NCBI GenBank assembly: GCA_951406725.2
Contig: OX597832.1
Span: 66,340,001-66,404,000, forward strand
Origin: Octopus vulgaris
Lineage: Eukaryota
Length of the DNA stretch: 64,000 bases
Reading direction: 5' to 3'
Of this stretch, positions 15,176 through 28,168 are shown one piece after another. The notes below the pieces were generated by a model. It saw only the letters and a program-made list of their open reading frames with translations, made no database searches and had not been told where the DNA came from. The position numbers and the translations under genes were made by a program. Position 1 is the first letter of the stretch. Each line of letters opens with the position of its first letter.

Positions 15176-16443
15176 CAGGGTGGGGCACAGAGGAAGGAAG
15201 TTTTTGAAAAAGTTCACAAAATCATTAATTTTGGCTTCAAACAAATTGTGTTGACATCAATGTATTCGTATTGAATTAGTATTTGTCAAATTTAGTGTGG
15301 AAAGCGACATCCATCCACTGCTGTCCGTTTCCACTGATGCATTTATGAAAGCGTTCTTGAAAGTTAGCCTCCACTCTCTAGCTTTGCTCTGTCGACTTGG
15401 TAAACTTCCACGCTAATATCTTCCTTCAAATCGCCCAAAGGAAAGGGTTTATGAACATACACAAGTGTCTTGCGGTTTCCCACAAGAAATACTCACTCGT
15501 GGACAAATCAGGGGACTGAGGGGTCAAGGAATGTCAGCAAACCAGGAAATGAGGTGATCACCAAAGAGAGGGCGAAGAACGTCCATCGATTGGCTGTGTG
15601 GGCCGTTGCCCCCATCCTGCTGAAACCACACACATCGAATAGGCATAAGATTTCGTTGCAATTCAGGAACAAGGAACTTGTTTATCATTTCGAAGTAACG
15701 CGTGGACTTCACAGTAATAGCATTTCCATTATTGTCTTGAAAAACGTGACTAACAATGGTGGCAGATTTTCCAACAGCACACCAGACCGTCACGTCTGTC
15801 CTGTGCAGTGGTTTTTCATGCAGTTCTTTTGGATTTTCAAGAGCCCAATAACGATAGTTCGTTTGATTCACAATGCCAATGTGATGAAAATGATCTTCAT
15901 CAGTCATTAACAAAATGAGGTTGTCATTTGCTTCAAATATCACTTCCATCTGACACAAAGTTAAGCTGATGTGCATAGTCCGATGGTTTCAACTGTTGCC
16001 TGTTGACTAATTTGTACGGGTGGAAATGTAGGTCTTACCAATCGGTTACCGATGACAATTTCAGTGGAACGCCTCCATGCAGACCGAGTGAGACTCTGTA
16101 TCAAAGCTTGTCTGACGCGTTCCAACTCTTCCGGGTTCCGTACCGTTCGTCTCCTATTCATTAGAGTACTTCGTGTGCGAAGTGCATTCAACCGACGTAA
16201 GATTGTGTTATGGGTTGGAATAGCCTGATTTCGGTGAATGTTCAAGTCTGCTGTGAACTTGTTATTCTTCACCCAACTGTCGCATGCAAAGACGCAATGC
16301 TCTATCGTCCACAGCGCTAGGGCTTCACTTAAAAATATATGCTAAGACACCACGGTCTAAATGGTACCTATTGGACATATACCCTCTCCATGGGGCTGAG
16401 AAATAGCCATTTCAAAAATGTTTGTCTTCTGTGCCCCACTCTG
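15176..16443 (-). mobile_element. Decayed Tc1/mariner transposon of DD41D (rosa)-like type, ~1.27 kb
   Basis: TIRs cagggtggggcacagagg / cttctgtgccccactctg followed by TA. ORF fragments include MTDEDHFH, NYRYWALENPKELHEKPLH..VTVWCA, WFQQDG and LISWFADIP, plus an N-terminal HTH-like segment at 15961-16272. Confidence 0.9.
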
Positions 16444-16971
16444 TACTTGTTGGCACGGATATATTATATTGTAACTGATGCCAGGTATAATGTCATAATA
16501 TTTTACAGTTGGGTTTTAATAATAACATGTCAATTAAATCGTAATACGACTTGACAGATTTGAACATGGATATGCTGACGGCTGTTGTATTTCTTCTTCA
16601 GAGCAAATTCCTTTCAATTAGAGGATGTTTGTTCGTAACACGTGCGTAGGTGAATCTCGTATGATATAAAATCTCTGGAGATAAATGCATCAGCGATCAG
16701 CATATTCCCGTTAGAATATGTCAGAACGTAATTAAGAATGAATAGATACGATATTAGGACTTGGATTCTTGCTGTTTCGTGTGTATCCAATGAATTTTAT
16801 TTGTTTTTAATCTTATTTGTAAAGGGCATGAAGAATGAAGAGGAGGGGGAATGCGAATCCCGGAGCACGAATGCCGCAAACAAATTTGTCGCAGTCTCTG
16901 TGTGATCAATCAGTACTTTCTTGAAAGTTATTCCGCCCAGAAACATCTCACCTTTTTAGTATAAGGAGAAA

Positions 16972-17293
16972 TATATAACTTTTCATCGCGTAAGTACCGA
17001 TAGAATAGCAAATAGGAGAAAATCCTTACAGAGCAGAAAAATCTGTCAGCAACCAGCCATGAGAATCGAACTCATAACCCTTTGATTTTCGGTCAAGTGC
17101 TCTACTATTCAAATAAACTGTTGCAGAAGAGTTTGTCAGTAAAGCTGATTTTTGTAATGGTAGAGCACTTTACTGGAAATCAAAGGGATGTGAGTTCGAT
17201 TCTCATGGCTAGTCGCTGATAGGTCTTTTTGCTTTGTAAGGATTTTATCTTATTTATGCTGTTCTATCAATATTCACGCATTGAGAAAATATA
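16972..17293. repeat. Fold-back element of two inverted tRNA-derived arms
   Basis: 16972-17107 is the imperfect reverse complement of 17160-17293. Each arm has tagagcac (A-box end), an anticodon-like arm and gagttcgattctc (B box). Confidence 0.8.
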
Positions 17294-17929
17294 TCTTTCT
17301 AATTGTGCTACAATACATTTCGGTGCTTCAAAAACAAGCTTATGTTTGTTTACATATGACGTAATCTCAACTTTTTGTTTTCATTCCGTTTTGGAGTACA
17401 CAGCTCATCAACTTTATTTTCTAAGAATTGCTACAGTGCGTAGTCGGTGGAAGAGTTTAGTTTCTGTTTGTAGTATAAGTTGACTGATTTTATTGAAGCC
17501 CCCTCACTTCCCTTTGAATACAAATACAAACGATCAAAAAATTCAGTTGAAAGTGTGTATGATATTCTAATTTCAATATGGATATCGATTGTGACTTCAC
17601 TCTTGATATTTACTCCCTAGTCACTAGCATCGGAAAGAAAAAATAAATGCCGGTACCTGTGTAGCTGATTCATTCCACCTCTAAGCTCCTGCTGGTTTGC
17701 CGCTTTTCCCATCCGCAGTTTTGATTCTGGTATTTCTAATGTCATTACAGTTATTCTTGCATCAAACTTATACACAAAATCTTTGCGCAGTCTAAGTTTT
17801 GCCGTTCATTAGTTTCTGTTACTTATGTTCAGCTGAATGATATTTTCTTTGGTGTGAATTTCTCTTCATTACTCTCTCCTTTAGTCTGGAAGATATTTAC
17901 ACATGCAAGCGCACATATATATAAAGCAG

Positions 17930-19430
17930 CATGGGTATAATTTCATACCAGTGACTCCAACAATTATTTTTCTTATTTGGGTCAAATATAATTCGTGACA
18001 TATTTTCTGTCGGATGTCGCATCTTGCGACATTTCTTAATGCGCTCCTTGCCATTTTCATTAATGAAACGTTGGTCATGTCCCATATTAGCCAAGTGACG
18101 GATAGCTCTAGAATCCAAACTTGCTATACAGTTTGTTTCAACTAGAAATCTTAACACTATTATATTGACATTTGAAAGAAATATGCTTTCTGTAATGCTG
18201 TCTTTCTACCATCATTAATTTCTTCTCTGTACAACAATCTTGGTTAAAAATACGGTAAATTGCTAGACACAGTGGATTTAGTCTATGACTTGCGGTCGGG
18301 TTACTTTATTTAACCATATAAACTTGCACAAACGTATCGTCAGACTCTTAAGGCTCCTGCATTTTCCTTTCAACACACGACAGTGTATACTCTACATATG
18401 CTGTATTTGAAATAAATTATACACAGACACTCCCTGTTACTTGCATTCATTCGCTTCTCTTATGATAAACGTATTGCTAAGGAATGTCTTTAACAGATCG
18501 CTTTCTAGATGTAAACTCATAGCAATCTCCATTCTGAGCATTTCAATTTGGTAATCCTTGAAAAAGGTAGCGATGGACGTCTACACAACTTTCTTACCAT
18601 ATCTGTTGAATTATATCCCAACCAATTAGTTTACATGGCGGATATGCTTTGTGTTTTCATCTCTTCGAAGTTTTTTTCTGTGGCCATAAAACTCTTGAAT
18701 TTTTCGGAATCATCTTTTTCAGTGCCAGTCGCTGTGGCATTTTAGCTTGAGATGCAAACAATAATATTTCATTGTCTGCAACCAACATTTTTATCACATC
18801 TAATTTCACTATATATATGTTAGAGTTAATATGAGAAACATTGAGCTTCTACTTATAGCAACTGAAACAGTCAATTACATTCAGACTTTGAATTTACCTT
18901 TGCGATAAAATGACAAATGTTGTGCTGCCATTTCTTACAAGATTTCATGATATTTTAATAATACGAACATCCGAGCGATTTTTCTGAAACACAACATACA
19001 CACACATCAACGCACACACGCAAATTCATGCACGCATACACAAGACACACACACTCCTAATTGTAAATCTGAACTTCTCTATCTAATGGGACAATGCGCC
19101 TCAATATTTTCCTCTTTACCCAGCATCGGAAGAACATAATAAATTCATATCTTGGAACTAGTCATTTCTTCGCAGAATTTCGTTCTACATCTGCGTATAT
19201 TTGTGTTGCATTGCTTAAGTTTTACTTCAAATTTAACAAACGAATAGGTCTTGATTTCTCTGCTAGAGTATTCATCCCAATATAAATTTGAAAAGAATAG
19301 ATAGAATGGTCTTGTTGGCATCTATTGTTTGACATCAAAGGTCCTCTGAATTGTAGCAAATAACGTATGACCAAATATGCTCCAGCTAAGGCAAATAAAT
19401 GCATGCTTAATATATATTTCAATGTTGTAT
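17930..19430 (-). pseudogene. Highly decayed piggyBac-like transposase
   Basis: Collinear motif remnants on the minus strand: PLMSNNR..SF (MSRNRF..LHF), EKSRPI (KVRPL), K*LVP (DE.MVP), YEFTS (DNFFTS), VTGSV (TGTVR), VTRPQVID...SNYRI, and a C-terminal GH..KC..C..NNCW cysteine-rich-domain-like tail. No TIRs found. Confidence 0.45.
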
Positions 19431-19825
19431 ATTATCTACTGAATTTGTAGCCATATCTTACAGATACTTTGTGGACATCGTGCAAGAATTTCAGTAGATT
19501 TATTTCGCATATGAAAATACTGCGAATTAAGTTAACACAAAGAATTATATCAAATCAATTACAGAATATCAAAATATCATGTATATCATTCCACACTACT
19601 CCGGTACATGTATAAATCATTACAAATATATGAAGTTTGATTAATGATTGAATAAACTCCATTAAACATAAAAAAATATCTTAGGTATATATTTCAAATT
19701 CCCGCTTTTCAGTTCCTGTTCAACATTAATTATTGAACGTTTTGTGGTGAAATGAAGTAACTTATTAAATTCCAGTGGGGAGGAAATGCACCTCGACTAT
19801 TTGAATTTTAAATCTCTGCTATTAC

Positions 19826-19889
<64 letters not shown>

Positions 19890-19898
19890 ATGTATATA

Positions 19899-19938
<40 letters not shown>

Positions 19939-19964
19939 TATATACATACATATATATATATTTA

Positions 19965-19996
<32 letters not shown>

Positions 19997-20239
19997 GGTA
20001 TGTATATGTACATATATATATATATATATATGTATATGTATATTTCTATATATCTATATATGTGTGCATGTGTATGTATATAGACATATATCTATAAACA
20101 CACACACACATATATATATAAACAAGTAGAGAGAGTGAAGGAGAGAGAGATCAGTGTTAGATAAATATAATTTGACAGATATATACAGAGATACATATTT
20201 ATACATGTTTATATACGTATGTATATATAGATGCATCGA

Positions 20240-20287
<48 letters not shown>

Positions 20288-23200
20288 TACGTACACACAT
20301 AAATACGAATATATACACGTGAATATATATCAGTTCATACAGTTTTATTGATACATAATTCATACATACACATACTCGCATACATTGTTTACGCTTCCTT
20401 ACACGTGTACATATGCGATAAGTATTGCGTGTGTTACATCCAGACAATTTATCGCAATCATGGTATTGGGTGCATTTTAGCCATTAATATTTTAACGATT
20501 TTTAAAATATATTTTAACTATATTTTCTGCAAATATTATTGCAATTCGGATTTTCATTTAAAGAAAATTAAATAGAAAATCTCAATGGACTTTCCTGACC
20601 AATAAAATAAATGCAATGAGAATTTTGCGCATATCTTATTTAACGATAAAGGCATTTGGATAAATGTTTACGAAAATCTCTCACAAAAATCTACACTTAC
20701 TGAACTGCCAATTAATCGATTGCAACTTATATAAACAATTTCAATTTTGATTTGACATACGATATTGAAACGAATTAATCTTTGGTATTTATTCCAAACC
20801 CTGCCTTTATTTTTTAAATTCTTCAATATCATATTTCGAATTATGTTATGAAGATTCATGGTTTATAAAAGAACGTTAGAATTGTAAACATTAGTGTATT
20901 TGTGATATATATCTGGTGTTGAGTAATCGATCCATTTGTACTAGTCTTAAAGGATCGTTATGGCTAGAGGTAACCGTATCTTCGAATGGCTCGCAGTGTT
21001 TCGCTATCAGTCTGGACAAACCATTTCCATGCCTTAGTTTTTTCGACGTAAATATCACATTTTGTATTCAGAATTCAAAAATGTAGTGCCTCATCGCTGC
21101 AGTCTATTCGCTTTGTCAGCTCATATTCCTTTTGTACAACTGTATATTGGTAGTAGTTGGCGATGATCCGTTTGTAGACACAAAATTCATCTATGAATAA
21201 ATATATAGATTTTTTTTTACACCGAATATGATTGCCAACGCTCCCTTTACTTTTTGACTATAGTTCCTTTCTGCTGGTTATAACGATAGTGACACATATG
21301 CCGTGAAGATCACAGGGTGAACCCCAAACGACAAAAATATCAACTGGAAACAGATTGAAAAATATTTAAAACAAGGAGATACAAATAAATATGATAGGTA
21401 CCTTGAAGCAAAGATTTACCAACACCATTCCCAAACAGCAGCTACACAGTCACTAGCAACATCGCCATCCCCATTCCCATCGCCACTACCGCTGAAAACT
21501 CAGACACTTTTATTATAATCCCAGCCAAATTCATGCACACACCGATAGTGAGAAACGTACACCAACACACAAAAATAAAATAAATAGCATTAAGAACACA
21601 GCTTTAAACACAATCATTAAGATAAACAAACGGGTGTAATACACCCAAGTACAAATCTCAAATACAATAGCTCCATTGTATGAAGGAATCGTATTCCAAC
21701 AAACGTAAAAGTCATTTGTATATCACAACACACAAACATTTCATAAATATATACCCCAAATGGAGCTAGGGGATACAGAGTGCCTCTGCATAAAACTATG
21801 AAGAAATGGCTGTTGTAACATGCACAAGTAAACTGAACGTGGATCAAGGTAGATGATTATTTCACAAGCACTATTTGTCCGCGAGAGATTTTCACGAATT
21901 TGAACTTTATTGAAAGTAAAACAGACTTCTGTTTTCATTATTTTGTTTGTCAGGTTTCAGTGCTAACTTGACAATTTTACATTACGAATAAGTGCTGCAC
22001 ACTTTTCACCACACGATTTTGATTGTTTTTTTTTCTTAGCCAATAAAAAATTTCCTTTAAATGATTTGATTGTATGTGTGCAGCAGATGATGGTGAGTGG
22101 CAATAACTCATTTGTTTTAGTTTCGTAATCACATTTTAGATTTCTTTCCAAATACAATTATTACAATTATTTTATAATTATACATAATAATATAATTATT
22201 ATATAATTATAGTATAATAATATGATTATAATATAAAATGTATAAAGAATTGTGCTGGGCTTTGCTTGTTGAATGATTCAAAAGAAACATAACCGCTATA
22301 TTTTTCCGTCAGCTAAGCAGGACGTGTAGTTTCTGACCTACAAAGTATACAATAATGTTTTACAAACATGTCGATGTTGATCCTTAGCGAAATATTCAAT
22401 TTTGCGATGTAAGCGCTCATTAAATATATCCATTAAATATACGGTCTCCCCGAATTATAGGTATCACACTGGTGCACTGTATGACTCTTAAAAGGGTCTT
22501 TATGATTCTATGAATAAAGATAAGCAATTATTGACTTACAGGACACAAGTACTAAAGTACGTTTTAAATGAAGCAGTCATGGTTTTTGAGACAATGGAAT
22601 TTGGAATAATGGCCATATGAGGCAGTGTACTACTAACAAGTATCTGCTTTTCTCTCTTTCTTTCTTTATTTCTCCCTCTTTCTCTATTTCACATACACAC
22701 ATACTGTACTTAAAGTATATTTTAAAAACGTGTTTTCCAGTACAAAGTACTAGCCCCTAATTTTTTCACATCAATGTATGAAATCTAATTTTTTTCCATG
22801 CGAGTACAATACAATTTCCCAATATTTTCAGCAATATTGCTGTTAAATTCCTCGCAGAGAGAAAGAGAGAGAGAGAGAAAGAGTGCGAGAGAGAAATATA
22901 CACATATAAAACATATAGTAGAAACAACCTTGGTTATTTTTCTGTCCGTGTCACTTTCAGTTGGATGCAAAGTATTCTAGAATTAATTTGAAAAGGATGA
23001 TATACCCTAGCACTTATTTGAATATGTGATTCTGAGGTGATAAAAATGCATCTAACCTGTCCCAGATAACATCAGAACGAACAAACCATTCAGCTCGCAC
23101 TCGTTCCCAACCTCTATATTACTAATTGTGGATTTACTTGGAACATATTTTATCAAATGGTACACATACACGATTAACAACGACGTCATGCGTGGACAAT

Positions 23201-23628
23201 ACGCCACAATTTTCTGTGTACTATATTCAAGAACAAGAACAAATATGCTGTGATTTGGATATATTCAAAAGTTTGAAGACCGAGTAATTCCCTACGCCTT
23301 CAGCAACATTAGGGGAACTATTTATAGTTTGTACTCCAGTTAACGGTTGTGACTTCACAGATGCTGAATGAGCTTACTCCATGCGACCTGCAAGATTTAG
23401 TAGATACTACAATATATATTTCTCGATGATGTATTACAAATTAATGTAGAGAATACTATTATGTAACTATTTATCAATGTGACTTCACGGTCATGTACAT
23501 GTCACCGCTTGTACCACGTAAATCGCACATTGGTTTCTTTTTTATTGCACATTGCATTTTTCACTTATCAGCTTTCAAGCCCAACATGATATGTAAAAGG
23601 AAACCCTTATTAGTAGAACGAAGGCTCG

Positions 23629-23836
23629 GGCGGTGAGCTAGCAGAATCGTTGGCACGCCAGGCAAAATGCTTAGATTTATTTCGTTTTAATGTTCTGAGT
23701 TCGAATTCTTCCGAGGTCAGCTTTGCCTTTATATCCTTTCGGGATCGATAAAAAAGTACCATTTGAGCACAGGAGCCGATGTAATCGACTTCTCCTTTCC
23801 TCCAAAATTGCTGGCCTTGAGCCAAAATTTTAAAAC
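23629..23836 (+). mobile_element. SINE family B copy
   Basis: ggcggtgagctagcagaatcgtt...gagttcgaattc (B box)...cctttcgggatcgataaaaaagtacc. Homologous to 44170-44403 and 50694-50817. Confidence 0.8.
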
Positions 23837-24456
23837 ATTACCATTATTATTAGTGGTGATGGTGGTGGTATGGTAGTACATTTGAGGTTCTGATAAATAT
23901 ATCAGCAAATACTTTTCCGTACATAGGTAAATGCTATACATTTTATAGTGCATTAGATTGCGCCGTCTTCAGTCCATGCCTTGTGGCCATTTATCAACGT
24001 TACAATGATGAAAAACAGACATGTCTATAACGGCCATTCATCTCCTCGTAGCTGAAGAAAAAAGGAAAAAACTTACCGGATAAGATATTCATTTTGTCGA
24101 ACTAATCGAATAAAGTCACGTCTTATGTCGACTCTCTTGTAATCCTGATAGGCATGGCTTTATCCCATCCATCTATGGGGCCCAGAAAAATAATTGGTTC
24201 GCGTGATGCACACGGAATTGACAGGTACTTTTCTAAATAAATATAAAACCTTTTCATTTGTAAAATGGTAAAACATTATCGTAAAACACTGAAAATAGTC
24301 CTTGTTCGAGATATGAGAAATAATAAATAATCCGGTGCAATAGACATTGGTAGATATTCTGGGTTCAAACTAAGCTGTCGTCGCTATATTTTGGTGTTTT
24401 ATAGTTACATGTTTCTAGCGGGCTGTTCACCGGTTCGCTGACACTCTGACTCCATG

Positions 24457-24524
<68 letters not shown>

Positions 24525-24585
24525 TATTATTATTGTTGTTGTTGTTGTTCTTATTCTTCTTCTGCTTCTTCTTCTTCTTCTCCTT

Positions 24586-24616
<31 letters not shown>

Positions 24617-24681
24617 TTATTATTATTATTACTATTATTATTATTGTTGTTGTTGTTGTTCTTCTTCTTCTTCTGCTTCTT

Positions 24682-24760
<79 letters not shown>
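24457..24760. repeat. Compound (TTA)/(TTG)/(TTC) microsatellite forming the LINE 3' flank
   Basis: Directly visible, and contains a duplicated higher-order block. Confidence 0.95.
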
Positions 24761-24762
<2 letters not shown>

Positions 24763-27434
24763 AGCTGGCTCCAAGTCTCACCCAGAGACCTCAAGAGACA
24801 ACAAGTTGGAAGTTCGTGTTGGTGTTATGCCTAGGGGCTCATATATTTGGTTTTGTACTTAGTGTTGTACTAGTGAATGTTAAAAAAAAACCATACGAAA
24901 ATTATGTTAGTTTTAAAACTTGATATTACATAGAAAGTATATTGCGTAGGATATGAGCAGTTCCCATGAACACTATCTTTTGAATTTCTGCCATTTTGGT
25001 GTTTCCTGGTGTCTGAGTTAGGTGGAAATCAGCCCCTTTTGCTATCATTCCCAGGGCACCTATGACAACAGGTATTGTTTTAGTCTTCAGGTTCCACATT
25101 TTGCTGATTTCTGTTTCAAGATCTTTATATTTGCTCAGTTTCTGGTAGGTATTGACAGATGCGTTTATACCGATTGGGACAGTTGTATCAATGAGGAGGC
25201 ATGTTTTTTGTCTGAAGTCTTTCAATATGATGTCCGGCCTATTCGCATCTATCTGTCTGTCAGTTTGAATGGTGAAGTTCCATAGGAGTGAGATGTGGTC
25301 ATTTTCAAGCACTAGAGGTTGTTTGTGTTCCCACCAGTTTTTATCATAGGGCAAGTCCAGGCTTTTGCAAATTACCCAGGGAATATATTGTGCAGCTCTA
25401 TCATGCCTGTTGAGATGCTCTGTAGGTGCAAGAAGACTGCACTTGGAGACAACATGGTCAATGGTTTCATTTTGTTGTTGACATACACAGTTTGGGCTAC
25501 TGCCGTTCTTTAATATGTTGGCCTGGTAGTTCCTTGATCATTTTTTGCAAAGAGCTTTAAATCATCCATGTAAATGAGATGATTTATATTTTTATCAAAC
25601 ATTTTATATCTATACTGTGCGTCATTGTGCAATTTTGAGAGAGGTATTAAGGCTAAACAAAAGAGGAGTGGTGATAGTGAGTCACCCTGGAAAATGCCAC
25701 ATGAAATTTTTACATCACCAGCATTTAGAGATTCATCGTCACTCTTCAAAGTTAGTGTAGTTCTCCATAATCTCATACTTACAGACAAAACGTTTCGCAG
25801 AGTAGGCGCTATTTTATACATTTCCAGGCATTTCTTAATCCAGCTATGTGGTAGGCTATCAAAAGCCTTTTTATAGTCTATCCAGGCTATTGATAAATGT
25901 TTGTGTCGTTTGTGACAATCTTCTAAGATCATCTTATTGATGAATAGCTGATCTTTACAACCATAGGATCCACTTTTACATCATTTCTGTTCATTAGGGA
26001 ATATGCTGCTTTCTATTAAAAAACTATAGGTATATTCCGTCGGACAGATGTTAGCGTTTTATGCATAGTTGTTAAGCAGCTTATGGGACTATACGAGGGA
26101 CGTTCAATAAGTAATGCCTCTGACCCACTTGCAGTTGTTGGATCTAGCTGAAATTTTGCATGTACAATTATTCATATCTCTATAGAGTAAGTGACAAATT
26201 ACAGCTCTGAATTAATTGTGGTTTCTGATTTACAGGTGTTTAAACCGAGTCAAGTGTGAAATGGAGCCTGTTGAGTGCCGAGCAGTGATCCGGTTTTTGT
26301 ATTTGAAAGGACGCACAACATGGGAGACTTTTGATGAAATGAAAGTAACTTATGGTGATGATGCCCCATCATATGACCTTGTAAAACGCTGGCATCGTGA
26401 ATTCAAACATGGTCGGAACTCTGTGGAAACAGCTCCCAGATCTGGTCGCCCCTTCTGCCATTGATGAGGCATCTGTCCGTCAAGTTGTGGCTGCCATTTT
26501 GGAAGATCGGCGCATAATTATTCGCCAAATAGCCCATGAGGTCAAGATTAGTACCGGGTCTGTGGAAACTATCATTCATGACCATTTGCATATGCAAAAG
26601 GTGTCTGCCAGATGGATTCCCAGGTTGCTCACGCCTTTCCAGAAGCAAGAACACGTCGAGTGCTCGAGGGTGAATTTGGAGATGTGCCAAGAAGATGAGT
26701 CAAAATTTTTCAAAAGACTGATTACACAGGATGAAACCTGGGTCCATCACGATGATCCATAGACCAAAGCCCAGTCAATGCAGTGGAAGCACCGTGACTC
26801 ACCCTCTCCAAAGAAGGCAAGGGTGCAGCCCTCCGCTGGCAAGGTCATGCTCACAGTCTTCTGGGACCAGGACGGAGTAGTGATGACAGATTTCCTGGCA
26901 AAGGGTACCACAATTGCAGGAGCGTATTATGCTTCACTTTTAAGGAAATTAAGAGAAGTTATCAAAATCAAGAGGCGGGGCAAGATCAGCAAAGACATCC
27001 TCCTCCTGCAGGACAACGCTCCGGTCCACAACTCGCTTGTCGCCAGTTCAGAAGCACAGGCGTATGGCTATGAACTCATCCCCCATCCCACTACTTTCCT
27101 GACCTTGCACCCTATGATTTTCACCTCTTCCCAGCCATGAAGTTGTTTTTGAAAGGAAAGCGTTTCCCAGATGATGCAGCCTTGATTTCTGAAGTCACGT
27201 TCAGGTTGGAGGACCAAGATGGGGTCTTCTACGAAAACGGTCTCCAGAGCTGCATCAAACAATGGGAGAAATGCGTAACTCTGGGTGGTTCTTATGTAGG
27301 AAAAGACTAATAACCGTGCCAAGTCTCGTTGCTCTACTTCTATGGGAAGTGGGTCAGAGGCATTACTTATTGAACACCCCTCGTAGTTTTTGGATGATTT
27401 GTTTCTTTTCTTTTTGGAAGCAGGAATGTTAAAA

Positions 27435-27435
<1 letters not shown>
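24761..27435 (-). mobile_element. 5'-truncated, internally deleted Dong/R4-like RLE non-LTR retrotransposon, interrupted by a mariner at 26094-27383
   Basis: RT motifs WIDYKKAFDSLPH, GIFQGDSLSPLLF and YMDDLKLF (25510-25932). CCHC-like C..QQQNETIDHVVSKC at ~25420-25500. RLE nuclease RPDIIL...LID..VP...K..KY (24926-25354). The 3' UTR ends in (TAA)n and both flanks are (TAA)n. Confidence 0.92.
26094..27383 (+). mobile_element. Full-length mariner (DD34D) transposon, 1290 bp, TA target-site duplication, transposase pseudogene
   Basis: TIRs cgagggacgttcaataagtaatgcctctgacccact / agtgggtcagaggcattacttattgaacacccctcg, with TA on both sides. Transposase 26261-27310 has WIPRLL, ITQDETW, QDNAPVH and PDLAPYDFHLF, broken by two frameshifts and a stop. 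Confidence 0.96.
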
Positions 27436-27503
<68 letters not shown>

Positions 27504-27512
27504 TAGTAATAT

Positions 27513-27551
<39 letters not shown>

Positions 27552-27757
27552 GTAGGTAGTTAGGCTGTGTCGTCTCCATGCATAGCACCTAATCGCAGCT
27601 TTCCAAATACGAATGTAGATCTTATATTACTGTGCATAAGATTTTAAAATATTGGGAGATATTTTCTGCAGAGTAATGATAATCAAACCAGGGGATTGGA
27701 AATTTAGAAGTATTATTTAATTCGCTGTCTCAAGAATTTCTGCTACGAGATATCTTA

Positions 27758-28168
27758 TTTACTCTTCTACTCTTTTACTCTTATACTTGTTTCAGTCATT
27801 TGACTGCGGCCATGCTGGAGCACCGCCTTTAGTCGAGCAATCCGACCCCGGGGCTTATTCTTTGTAAGCCCAGTACTTATTCTATCGGTCTCTTTTGCCG
27901 ACTGGTACGTAAACACACCAGCATCGGTTGTCAAGCAATGCTAGAGGGACAAACACACACACAAACACACATATACATACACAGATATATATATATACAT
28001 ATATACGACAGGCTTCTTTCAGTTTCCCTCTACCAAATCCACTCACAAGGCATTGGTCGGCCCGGGGCTATAGCAGAAGACATTTGCCCAAGATGCCACG
28101 CAGTGGGACTGAACCCGGAACCATGCAGTTGGTTAGCAAGCTACTTACCACACAGCCACTCCTGCACC
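27758..28168 (-). mobile_element. SINE family A copy
   Basis: Head ggtgcaggagtggctgtgtggtaag...gggttcagtccc, internal microsatellite, tail tgactgaaacaagta(aaagagt)n. Near-identical to 42950-43355. Confidence 0.9.

Noticed and set aside
21300-21770. Possible LINE ORF1/endonuclease remnant (GIVFQQT, IYTPNG)
   Set aside because: Only two short degenerate motifs; cannot be supported without a search.
23950-24075. Minus-strand splice acceptor-like tract (tttttcttcag)
   Set aside because: All three frames stop within ~17 codons and no product is recognisable.
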